Positions 1-11,680 of a stretch of DNA of 36,111 nucleotides are shown piece after piece; within the stretch, counting starts at the first letter, position 1; each line of letters starts with the position of its first letter. This DNA is from Nemertoderma westbladi (taxonomy: Eukaryota > Animalia > Xenacoelomorpha): contig JAUCBJ010002135.1 of the NCBI GenBank assembly GCA_032718475.1, positions 1 through 36,111 of the forward strand, in the 5' to 3' direction. The notes below the pieces were generated by a model, which worked only from the letters and a program-made list of their open reading frames with translations, made no database searches and had not been told where the DNA came from. The position numbers were made by a program, and so were the translations under genes.

Positions 1-410
1 AGTCCTCCTACCTCCTGCCGGAAGTCCTCCCACTTCCTATCGGAAGTCCTCCCCCTTCCTGCCGGAAGTCCTCCCACCTCTTACCGGAAGTCCTCCCACC
101 TCCTACCGGAAGTCCTCCCACCCCCTACCGGAAGTCCTCCCACCTCCTGCCAGAAGTCCTCCCACCTCATACCGGAAGTCCTTCCCCTCCTGCCGGAAGT
201 CCTCCCACCTCCTACCAGAAGTCCCCCCCCCCTCCTGCCGGAAGTCCTCCCACCTCCTACCGGAAGTCCTCCCCCTCCTGCCGGAAGTCCTCCCCCCTCC
301 TACCGGAAGTCCTCCCACCTCCTACCGGAAGTCCTCCCACCTCCTACCGGAAGTCCTCCCCCCTCCTGCCGGAAGTTCTCCCACCTCCTACCAGAAGTCC
401 TCCCACCTCC
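1..410. repeat. 22-bp minisatellite (consensus CCGGAAGTCCTCCCACCTCCTA), about 19 copies, truncated by the window start
   Basis: The CCGGAAG core recurs at 18, 40, 62, 84 and onward with 22-bp period. ORF 103..318 is only its translation. Confidence 0.95.
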
Positions 411-530
411 TTTTCATCTTCTCACATTTACTACTGTAGTTCCATGTCTGGCCGTCAAAAGAAAACAACATATTGTTGTCTATCTCAATGTCAAAAGCGA
501 TCATATCAGATTAATTTTACTTAATAATTT

Positions 531-818
531 TTAATTGGTGGACTTACAGTTAGAATTTGTTAAGAATTTATCTAACTTACAGTGATTATTAAGAAAACCG
601 CTTCGCTTAGTTGTTCTACAACAACACCACAAACATAGTACACATAATGCTATCGTTGCTACAACTAGCGCCGCTATGACAACTATCAACCATGTTGCTA
701 TGGTAACTTCATCTTTTCGCTCATCTTGGACCACTTTGTCTCTATTATCTGTCCAACTCTGCCCTTCCAAAACGCAGAATATTGTAAATAAAAATGTTTG
801 AAATACTCGAAACATCAT
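531..818 (-). CDS. Possible small single-pass membrane protein (95 aa), unknown family
   Basis: ATG start, hydrophobic N-terminus resembling a signal peptide, a long hydrophobic stretch (TIATWLIVVIAALVVATIALCVLCLW), then CCC and basic residues (RTTKR). No homology recognised. Confidence 0.3.
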   Translation of the reverse strand: MMFRVFQTFLFTIFCVLEGQSWTDNRDKVVQDERKDEVTIATWLIVVIAALVVATIALCVLCLWCCCRTTKRSGFLNNHCKLDKFLTNSNCKSTN

Positions 819-1918
819 TCACATTAAAGTCCAAAACTTATTGCCAGACCAGTCAACGAAGTTTTCATATAATACCGGTAATCAGTACCAAATTAAATTT
901 AATAATAATATAATAGACACATAGACCCTTAGACACTCTTGGTCTATGACTAATAACATTAAGTAATAGGCTATATGACATGTACCTAACTAATATAGTT
1001 AATAATAAATTTAAAACAATAACTTATTCAGTACATTATATACAATGTAGTTGGTTATTATTATCCAATATATTATTTGTTGTTTTATCTCCTGATTAAT
1101 TAAACCCAATTCATTTAAATTATTTATTTGTCGATGTTACCGTTATCAGTAGATAACAGAGTTGAAGGAAAAAGTACAAACACACCCTTTCTAAATATTG
1201 TTTATGTGTCGATAAAATTCACAACATTTGCAACAACTAGTGAAAAATATTGTCAATTAAATTGCGCACATGTAGAAAATACATATATCGTAATTTGTTT
1301 GGCAACCATGAAAACTAACTCCATTACGACCCTACCTGCATCAAATGATAATCTGACATAATCATTGATTGAACTTATTCGAATTCGAAATACCAGTTGA
1401 CTAAATATAAGCGTCTGTAATTTTGAGACAATCCATCTATTTTGCTTCCACCGCCACATAATATATATCCAACCATAGCCATGACTATTTACACAAATTA
1501 TTAATATGATAATTATCATTAATTTACTGCTTTAGAAGTGTATAACAAAGTCTATTTGTAGCCTTCTGATACCACTCACGGGCTACAGTAGCACAAAGTC
1601 CAAATGGTGCTGTTGGTTTAAATAATAACTATGTAGCAGATAATTAGACAATATTACACGGTATTGTGCGTAATGGAACCTCAACCAGTTCCCAAAGTTC
1701 TACAAATGTGAACGTTTATTACTGGAAAGGGTTTGTCTTCTACAAATTGTAACTGGCATAGAATTTTGGTAGAGTTCTGTTGCGATAGAAGAGGGGTCTG
1801 AAGCCCGGGCACATACATCAGAACGCTGTATACTCTACTGATATATAAAAAACAAAAAGAGTGAGTGCAAAGAAAGAGAAAGCCATATGGATCAGAACAC
1901 TGTATACTCAACAGTAGA

Positions 1919-3270
1919 CAAACTTAAACTAGAAAGTTTTTATGATGACTTCACAAATATCTGTAAGGATAACCTTCCCTCCGTGGTTGTACAAAAACGA
2001 GATGTTCCAAAGAAACCTTGGCTCACAAAATCGCTAATTTTAGGAATAAAAAAGAAAAACTTATTATACGCAATATATTCTAAATCGCCCACAACTGAAA
2101 ATCATAATCGTTACAAATTATACCGAAATAAATTAACCACACTACTTAGAGCAGCTGAAAAACAATACTACAACTCCGAATTCAATAAAAATTCTAATAA
2201 TATGCGTAAGACTTGAAAAACATTAAACTCTTTATTACACCGTTCTGAAAAAACATCAACACCAAAGAGACTAAACGTGGACAAAGACGGGAAAATTATT
2301 TCTCTCTCCAATCCAGCTGATATAGCCAACGCCTTTAACAATTTCTTTTCCAACATTGGTCCTCAACTTGCTTCACAATTTACTTCAAGTTCTCGTTGTC
2401 CTACTCGCCACGTAAGACATCCCAAATCCATTTCCTTCGGACTTTCAGAAACATCTCCCGCTGAAATTCATTACATCATTTTACAATTAGATGAGAAGTG
2501 CGCCTCCAATGACGATTTTCAGATTTCTTTAGTAAAGCTTGCGGCCCCGTTTATATCTACTCATTTATGTAGCTTGATTAATCCCAGTTTACGAGTAGGG
2601 CATTTTCCTGATTGTCATAAGTTAGCAAAGGTTATTCCTGCTTATAAGGGTGGTAACCCATTTTTTCCTACAAACTACCGTCCAATCTTCCTCCTCCCTG
2701 TTTTGCATAAAATTTTCGAAACAGTTTTATACAACCAGCTTATAACATACCTTAATAAATTCAATGTAATTTCGCGTAATCAATTCGGCTTCCGGAAAAA
2801 ATTCACCACATCATATGCAGTAATAAATATAGTGGAGTCAATTCGAAATGCTCTCGATAATCAGCAATCCTCTTGTTTAGTATATATAGACCTCCGTAAG
2901 GAATTTGATACTCTTGACCACTCCATCCTTATAAAGAAACTGCAGTCATATTGTATACGCGGAACCCCTCTGTCTATTTTCTCAGGTTACTTATCCAATC
3001 TCAAACAGTTTGTTTCATTAGGTGTTACGCCATCTTTAGTTAATTCAATCACCTGTGTGGTATCCCGCACTAGGCCCTATCCTTTTTTTACTTTATATAA
3101 ATGCTCTCCCAAATGCAACGTCCCTCATTACCACACTGTTTGCAGACGATACATCTCTCATGCTCCATAATAGTAACATAATCAGATTAACTAATACTAT
3201 AAATACCGAAAGTAATTTAATTAATGATTGGCTGATAGATAATAAATTAACCTTAAACACCGATAAAACA
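1919..3270 (+). pseudogene. LINE ORF2 reverse transcriptase, N-terminal part (stops and frameshifts)
   Basis: ORFs 1887..2216, 2277..3170 and 3055..3387 carry successive RT motifs and end at LTLNTDKT. Confidence 0.88.
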
Positions 3271-4129
3271 CGTTGTGGGGTCTTCGAGCAGCACGTGTTC
3301 AAATGTTCAATGACTGAGCAGCGACTAATTAACACATTTATGAGAGAATCATTGACCAGCTACCGACAGACCAATATTGTGACATAGTTTAATGTTTGAT
3401 TCAATTAGAGGCACAAATTAAAAAGGCTACAAATATATAAGGGTGAAGAATTAAATTAGTCACCCATTAAAAGGTAGCCAAATATAAGTTGCAATCTATA
3501 TAAATTGTTAAATTCAGTAGTGTGCGTGTGTATTGATTCCGTAGATTTCATGTTGAAATAGCGTTCATTAATTCAATTTCTAATTAATTATTCAGGCATA
3601 CTAATACACACATTAAATTAGTTCGTGTGTGTTAAGTGTGTAAGATTTTATTGTTTCGTCACGAAACCATTAGGGCACAGAAACTGACGGATTCTTCGCG
3701 AATTTCGCAAACGTCGCAAACTTCGGGAATTTTTTCTACAATTTTGACTCCTTAAGCAAAAGAGTCCCGAATGAGTTTTTTAACCTTTATTTTTTGTGAT
3801 TTTGAGTGCTTTTTTATATTAGTGAATGTTCTAGAACCTTAGTAGATTTTTTATGGTAGCTAGTATTTTTTACTATCTAGTAATTTTTGGAAATTATTTT
3901 GGTCATTAATATATTCTTCAACAGTTTAACCTGAAATATCATGGACTTTCACATTTTTTATAATTTCAAAAAATACTAGCTAGCAAAAAAACACTAGCTA
4001 TCATAAAAAACATAGCTACTAATGTTGTAGAACTTTCACCAATACCAAAAAAATTAAAAAACTCTAAAAAAGGATTGGTGAAAAATGGCTGGGGTGTCGA
4101 CAGGGCGAAGTAGGGACCGTGTTGCTTAA

Positions 4130-5286
4130 CCCCTTAGAGCCTATGACGTCCACTGCACGTCACAATGGACAGCACGAAGACGTGCAGTGCACGTCATGCT
4201 GGAATACATGTTTTATTAGAAGGCTCTTGGTCTAGGTATACTGGTGGATAGTATTAATGACATTTATTGCTCTTCGTGGCAAAAAATCCATTCTGTACTG
4301 TAGATAGGCTGTATTGTAGACTGTATTATTAGTGTTAGGTATATGGCGTAATGCCAACCACAGTGCAGTAGTTCAGACTGACAGAGAGACCGACAGACAG
4401 ACAGACTAGATTTATGTAAACGTGTAAACTGACACCAAAAAAGAAATCAGCAACCCTTAAAACCCCCATAACGAGAATGTTGGTTAGTTAGTATACTTTC
4501 TTAAGTTTTCACAGACTGACTGACAGAAAGACCGACAGCCAGACAGACTAGATTTTTTTAAACGTGAAAACTGACATCTGAAATAAAATTAGCACCCATT
4601 AAAACCCCATAACGAGAATGTTAGTTAGTTTGTATTCTTTTTTAAGTTTTGACAGACTGACTGACTGACAGAAAGACCGACAAACAGACAGACTAGATTT
4701 ATGTAAACCTGTAAACTGACATCAGAAATGAAATCAGCACCCCTTAAAACCCCCATAGCGAGAATGTTAGTTAATTTGAATTATCTTTTATGTTTTGACA
4801 GACTGACTGACAGAAAGACCGACAGACAGACAGACTAGATTTATGTAAACGTGAAAACTGACATCAGAAATGTAATCAACACTCTTAAAAACCCCCATAG
4901 CGAGAATGTTAGCGACAAGTTTTAATGATTAACCATATTTCGTAAGATATATTTTAAAACATTTATTTAATGCAATAACTGAATAACCAGATAACGGAAA
5001 GACAAACCGAATTGAAACTTTTAATTACTAATAATAATTGTGGTGAGAGGTGATGGAAATCAAGAATATATGTTATGTTATGGAGCACGCGTTGGTTGGC
5101 ACAGGCAAATGAATTGATGTCTGTTGAGATGTATTGAAGGAGCACTATTCCTTCTACTGGACTACTATGTCCTTGTGTACTAGCCTAGGCACTGGCTTGG
5201 TCAAAGACTTTAGCTTGCAGTAATGTAAAACTTCAAGAAATATTATTGGGCACGGCTGCCCTTGCCGTGCCTTAGGCTCTATGGGG
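4130..5286. mobile_element. piggyBac-like non-autonomous element (tentative)
   Basis: TTAA at 4126-4129 followed by CCCCTTAGAGCCTA; inverted match TAGGCTCTATGGGG at 5273-5286 with 1 mismatch. The right-hand TTAA is absent. Confidence 0.4.
4374..4910. repeat. Tandem array of four ~142-bp units with (CAGA)n tracts
   Basis: The CTAGATTT anchor recurs at about 4406, 4548, 4693 and 4835. A related core (aaactgacatcggaaatgaaatcaacgacccc) is at about 8879-8910. Confidence 0.9.
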
Positions 5287-5667
5287 GAGAATGGAATCAG
5301 CGTATGAATTTACAATGTTAATTATGTTTAAATCAATTAAAAATACATTTATTAACGCAAATCACTTGAAAAAATAAAAAACTATAATGGAATGGGGTAC
5401 GTGGATTCCAGATATCTAATTTCTGTGCAAAATAACTTTAATCGTATGGTGCTAAACAATTAATTTCCATGGAGAGACCGTTCAAAATGACTCAACCATA
5501 CAATTTAGCAGTTAGCTGAAGATATTAACTTCGATTATGGCTTCCGACATTTATGGCTTCCGACACACTGACACACACACACACACACACACACAGACTT
5601 TTGAAAAACTGCCATAGTGTAATTATATCAGTTCGCTGATGGCTCGCCATACGTGTCTCGCCCCACA

Positions 5668-6292
5668 GAATACTCCATATTTACATTCTCGCAAAATTTC
5701 AACTTACCAAGCACAACAATTAATATCAACAACAAACCCATCAGATATACGTCCGCTGCAAAATACTTAGGCATAATTATAGATGATAAACTCACATTTA
5801 AGGCGCACATTAAATACATACTTAAATTTCTAAAACAGGTGGACTGTTCTATAAACTTCGACATATACTTTCTAGAGATTTACTCCGCATGCTTTTTAAT
5901 ACATTAATTTATCCTTACATTTTCTATGGCTTGATTGTTTGGGGCGGCACTTACAAATCCAACACAGATAATTGAAAATAAAAATCAATAAGATATTGCG
6001 TTGTATCACATTTAATCATCCTCAATCCTCATCCTATCCCATCTACCAACAATTACGCATCCTACCTCTAGATCTCCTCTATAAATACCAGGTGCTAATA
6101 CTCATGTTTGAAGTCCATAATAATCCCTCTGGCCTGTTGTATCATTTACCTCCGGCTCGTTTGGATATTCGCCATCTTTCATTATCTATGCAAGGGCCAC
6201 TTTTGTGGAACTCATTATCACAACTTATTAGGGACAGTCGAAGCCTGGCGATATTTAAGAAAAAATTAAAATACCACTTACTGCAGATATGA
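5668..6292 (+). pseudogene. LINE ORF2 C-terminal part
   Basis: EYSIF...KYLGIIIDDKLTFKAHI...GPLLWNSL...FKKKLKYHLL, a typical LINE ORF2 C-terminus, with frameshifts. Confidence 0.85.
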
Positions 6293-7115
6293 TTTTAAAC
6301 CATTTCAATTTTAATAGCATACATATAATTATAATTTTTTTTTCATACACAACACATTCTCCCCAATTGGTTATCAACAACTTGCGTTATATAAATATAT
6401 TTTCCTTTACATATTTTGCGTCATATATATAGTTTCATACTTTTTTTCTTTACATATACATTCTCCCATATTGGTTATCTGTCTTGTATACCACAAATTT
6501 ATTTTTTACATGCAGGTAAAAACAAATATTTATAAAATTCCGACAGCAGTCAACCGCACCGCACGCACCTATCTGTATAATTAAATTTACTTTAAACATT
6601 ATAGAACTCTCCAGATGCAGGGGTGAGCTAAACCTACACTAGCTATGCTATAGCGGAAGCTCACACCAATCAACCCAGCAATCAATTTTGTAGGGTATTG
6701 TGCATTATTTTTATTTTATATTTTGGAGGAAATAAATAAATAAATAAGTAGATCGGTGTGATATAGGAAGAACAAAATGAGTGAGTGTAAAGAAAGCCAT
6801 ATGGATCAGAACGCTCTATACTCAACAGTAGATCGGTGTGATATATAAAAAAATTGTTAAAAAAAGGGAGATAATGGATATCAATTGATATTACGATAAA
6901 AAAATTGGAAGGACCCGTATTATGTATGTAGTTATAGTTAGTGGGGTAAGTAAGACAGTTGGTCGTGGTTCCGTCTGTCCGTAGCATGGCGTATTGTAGC
7001 CTTGAAAGAAAGTTGTAAATATTGGTTCCTGTATAAGACGGCAAGTTATATTAGGATGGCATATTTTAATCACTATTTAATTTACATAGGAATTACAAAC
7101 GAAGAAAAAATAAGC

Positions 7116-7898
7116 TTACACCAACATAACTGCATTTATAACCCCGTCATTCTCAGGATTGTTTGTGACCTGGGCGTATTTACCCCAGACAACCTTCCCT
7201 CCTTGAGTCACTAGACCCAACTCGCTAACATTCACCTCCAGCACAGTTCCCTTGGTAACCACCCCCAATGAGGTGTAGAGAGAGGAACCGGGGTTCTTTT
7301 TAACCCCAATGATCGGCAGATAGAAGGTTGCCTTCAGTTCGGGGTGGGTGACGTGGGCCTTCTTAAATCGCAACGCCATTGGCCGAATAAAACGCTCGTA
7401 TTTCGGCGGTTTCCGTGTGAATCCATCACCCACGAACGTTACCTTGGTTACCATACGTTTCCATGACTTTTTCTTCCGTTTGCCGGTGGCTATCGCTCGG
7501 AATACTTCATCCTGACCTTGTGCCCGCACCTTTGGTATCGGTACGTCCCACTTACCGGCTTTCTCTTTACGTTTCTGTTTTATCATATTACTGAGAACCT
7601 TCCCTCGAGTCTGCCCCTCCCGATCAAGTAAATAGGCGGGAACCGCCCCCTCCGGACTTATCTTATCATTTTTCTTCCGAGTTTGTCTTTCCTCGTGCGC
7701 CTTTATAGTCTTTTTCATTTGCACTTTCTCTGAGTGTCTTTTTTTGTGCAGCAGTTTCGCTTTGAGGCCCCTGGCTTTCTTAGCTTCGATGGCGCGATCG
7801 TGGGGTTGGCGACTGAGTTTCTTACGCTTGCGTTCCTGGTAGTCGAGTCGGTAGCCATGGCGTTTACGGAACTCCTCAATATGTTCGTTCTGAGGCAT
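7116..7898 (-). CDS. NSA2: Ribosome biogenesis protein NSA2 (TINP1), full-length 260 aa, single coding exon
   Basis: Diagnostic termini MPQNEHIE...HGYRLDY and [21 protein letters not shown]; internal [27 protein letters not shown]; canonical length and intact frame. Confidence 0.98.
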   Translation of the reverse strand: MPQNEHIEEFRKRHGYRLDYQERKRKKLSRQPHDRAIEAKKARGLKAKLLHKKRHSEKVQMKKTIKAHEERQTRKKNDKISPEGAVPAYLLDREGQTRGKVLSNMIKQKRKEKAGKWDVPIPKVRAQGQDEVFRAIATGKRKKKSWKRMVTKVTFVGDGFTRKPPKYERFIRPMALRFKKAHVTHPELKATFYLPIIGVKKNPGSSLYTSLGVVTKGTVLEVNVSELGLVTQGGKVVWGKYAQVTNNPENDGVINAVMLV

Positions 7899-10800
7899 CC
7901 TGAAAAGATCTACCGCGAATACAATTACAGCGTTCCTGTTCTGGTACTGCTGTACTGGTTTCTGGATTTACTGGTTTATCGTGAACAACTAGCAGCACAG
8001 TGATCCCAAATGACAGACAGGCAGCAGGACTGAAAGACCAAACCTGTAGCCACTACCTGACTACCGGCTGACCGGTACAATCCACAATACAGGTGCTTGC
8101 AGGCTTGTGTGTTGTGTGTGTACAGAACCGGAGAACGGCAGCTTACAATAACGATAAAGGTAGGCCTACCTACTTGTCTCTGCAGGGGACGCATATCATA
8201 TTGAGCATTGAGGTCAGCCTGGGGAAGTATTTCTGGGCTTCTAATTGGCTGTTCCATAAATAAGTTCACCTCATTCGTTAACACGCTCCGATAGCCAAAA
8301 GAAGTGTCTGTTCGGCCTAATAATAGCCAGAAGGAATAATCGGTTGGAGAAAATCAATTTTGTTACTTTTACATTTTACTTAACCCTTCTATTTAGCAGG
8401 TAGAATCACAATTATTTTGTCTAGGGGGCCTAATTCATTAAAGTTTGGTGTTATGTTACCATACCACACACACTTTATTGCAGGGTTTAATTAATTAACA
8501 AATACTACTGCCATACACATACTAAACGAATCTATGGGAAAGATAAAATTAGATTTATTTTTTTGAATTATTTTGATTTGAAAAAAATAATGTATACATC
8601 CGCAGTAATAAATATTTTATGGGAAAGTAAAAAAAACTGCGTTAGATGAGTTGTAGTTTGAATTTCGACAGAAATCATAAATCGTTTTGGGTGCCAGAGG
8701 CGACTGCTAGTGCGCTGCCTTTGTGTTTATTTATAATCACCATCTCTGCCACGTTCGCTGGGGAAGTGATTACTCCAAACAATTTAAGGGTGTTCGTCGT
8801 GTCTGTGAAATAAAATGATCTCCTTTAGTTCTCGTGTTATCGTGAAATATCTGTATCTATAGATTCCACCAAATATTAAAACTGACATCGGAAATGAAAT
8901 CAACGACCCCAAAAACTCCCAGAAATATAATTTTAGCTGGGTGGTGTGCTTTCATCCTGTTAGACTAATAAGGCAATAAGGCAATTTTGCGCGGGAAGGT
9001 TTGAACTTTGAAGGCAATTATCTCTGAATGTTTTTTTTTCACACGAAAAATAGCACTCCTCCTACTCTTAACCATTTTCGCAATTTTTTATTTATATGAA
9101 AAGTAATTTCATAAGCTTCAATAAATTTCGACCAGTTTTCTTGATTTCATGATATTTCCCCATTTTTTGTGAAAAATTAGAAAAACAACGGGTTTTTCAT
9201 TTTTTAAAAATAGTAACTTTTTTTTTACAAAATTGCAAAAAAAAAGAAAATGCAAATGCAAAAAGTGGTCGACAAATATGATGAAAATGCTGGTTCAAAA
9301 AAATGTGGTATCGAAAACTAAAATGAAAAATAACGGAGGATTAGCAAAAATTTTAAAATCTCACGCCAGCCGCTAGGGGGTGCTAGGGGGTTATGTTGAT
9401 GAAGTAGGACGCCGCCTTGTCGCAATGCGAGTTGAGTGGCGGTCGCCCTAAAATGTGAAGCCTATGGATGATATGATTATGAAGATGATCAGATCTATGC
9501 AACACCATCTGTTTATAAGCCCAAACTACACCTTCAGTCCGGCAGTGCAGTGCAGTACTGCAGTATGGCTGTATGGTGTATGCCATATGCAGGTCAGCAG
9601 GTATGGTTATGCAGTTATGGTATAGTCAGCCAGTCAGCATGCTGGCATGTAACAGCAGAACAGAGTAAGCCTAGACTACTGCCTGACTGCTGTACTGCAT
9701 TCCGTCATTCAGCACTGTCAGACTGTTGTGTCTGGCTGTAGGCTGCAAGGCTGGTAGGAGGCCAGTACCGAGTACTGCAGTAGGCAGGTTAGTAAACCTG
9801 TAACAGTCTGACAGTGTAAACAGTCTGACAGTAATGGAGCAGGCAGGCAGGTTAGGCCTACCCGTTACCAGTCAGCCAGTTACAGAGGCGAGTTGTGCCC
9901 TTCTGCCCTTCAACCGTTGTGCGTTGTGCAGTTGTGGGAACCGGAACCGGCTGAACGTAATGCTGTAATCAGGTAATGTCAATGTCAGTTAGGTACAATG
10001 CCCAAATCTGGCAATGATTGTGATTGCCATATTCAGATATTCGATAAATAAAAATAAAAAATAAAAAGATAAATCTGGCAACATTTCTGATTGCCTGATT
10101 TGGCAACTATATAAACCCGTTGTTGCTATATTTGGCAACTTAACTAACAGACTAACTCTTTGAATGTCTGAATATGGCTTCAGGGCTTATACTGTTATAC
10201 TGTTATAGGCCCTATAGTTCTGCATCATTAAGTCCTTCTATCAGCAGTCAGGGAGATCATCAATTTTGGGGTTACCCCAAATTTCGAATTCTGGTAATAG
10301 ACTGTCGAAAATTTGGGTTTTTTGTTCAAATTTGAGGTATTTTTAGGCTCATAATATCGAGTGTTGCTGCGACTTAGGGAAACTGTTGGAGCAACTTCTA
10401 CTTTTAATATGTGAAAATGGGGGACGTCTATTTACACCAAAAACACACAAAAACACACAAAAACACACAAAAACTCACAAAAACACACAAAAACGCACAA
10501 AAACACACAAAAACACACAAAAACATACGGCACATAAATGAAATGCCTGCAAACCTGATTCTGAACGATAATTAATTACAGAATTATCATTGTGGTTTGG
10601 ATTGTTGTCTGTTTGTATGCCTGTTTGTATGCATGTTTGTCTGTATGGTGTGGATGTACTTAATTGTAATCCAAAACGCAAATAAATTATTGCTGAAATA
10701 GGCATAGTCCAGTAGTCTACGCTCGCTACAGGTACCTTCAGTATAAATTAGATCATTGATGCCCTCGATCCTCTGTGGAATTCCCATAGAACATCACATT

Positions 10801-11680
10801 GTCTAGGCGGATGCATTGCGCTTATTCCATCTAAACATTACTAATGATTGTGATCAGGTTATGGTTGATATAAGTTGATGATGCCTTTGATAAATTGCGC
10901 AAACTGCGATTATTACAGTGGACAGTGGTTGCGTTTCCCCAACATCTCTTTCCAAGCTTGGTGAGAATAACTCTTCCGGGAAGAAAAATATACTCGATTT
11001 ATGACTACCATCATCCTGTCATCTGATACATCATATGTTGACGTCACAGTGAATTCTCCCTGAATCTGAAACTACAGTACAAGCTCGATTCATTCATACT
11101 TTATCATTATACACACTGTGTCTGTATTTCATATTCCCTATCCTATGCGTAATATTATTATATGATCATTATTATTATGGTGTCCGGATATTGCAAATAA
11201 TAATAATTGTGTAAAGAAATATTATACTGCATTTTTTTGTAAGAGTTGGGTCCAAAGGTGCCAAATTATGGTTGAATTGAATGGCCGTTGTAAAACTAAT
11301 TATTTGTTACATGCAGACATGGGAAAGCAAGACCAGTTATAAACCTCACTGCTTATATGTTCTAAGTTTTTTTTCCATATGTAATAGGTCTACGTAATTT
11401 TATTCTTAAATTGGTACTTCATTGTTGCTTAATTCTTTAATAAAAGATAGAGCGATTGCGATATTGTGTTACAAAATAAATTGAACTGTTTTTCACATAA
11501 ATATACTGTACAAGAGTAATAAACACTAATCTGCTAATAGTGCTACTTTTCATACAATAATGTAAATAGTTATTATAATTTGTGTGTTTTATATGTTTTT
11601 GTTTGTTTTTGTTTGTTTTTGTTTGTTTTGTTTGTTTTTATTTGTTTTTGTGTGTTTTTGTTTGTTTTTGTGTGTCTTTG

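Larger units (their letters stand above)
3271..5667 (-). mobile_element. Non-autonomous HINE/DINE-1-like element carrying nested repeats, flanked by ACA on both sides
   Basis: Removing 3271-5667 restores the LINE frame AAA ACA|GAA TAC TCC ATA TTT (KT|EYSIF). Its ends (cgttgtggggtcttcgagcagcacgt ... acgtgtctcgccccaca) match those of the element at 26281-26903. A (CA)n microsatellite lies near one end (about 5571-5594). Confidence 0.75.
1919..6746 (+). mobile_element. 5'-truncated non-LTR retrotransposon (CR1/L2-group LINE), degraded and interrupted by the insertion at 3271-5667
   Basis: ORF2-like peptides KPWLT, YKLYRNKL, NYRPI-LLP, QFGFR, DL-KEFDT, LFADDT, KYLGIIID and WNSL. The 3' UTR ends in an (AAAT)n tail at about 6730-6746. 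TSD AGTAGA at 1913-1918 and 6747-6752; an uninterrupted copy of the target (ctcaacagtagatcggtgtg) is at 6821-6840. Confidence 0.88.

Noticed and set aside
8380-9393. Possible piggyBac-like element (ttaaccct...agggggtta)
   Set aside because: The terminal match is short and imperfect, and the right TTAA is missing.
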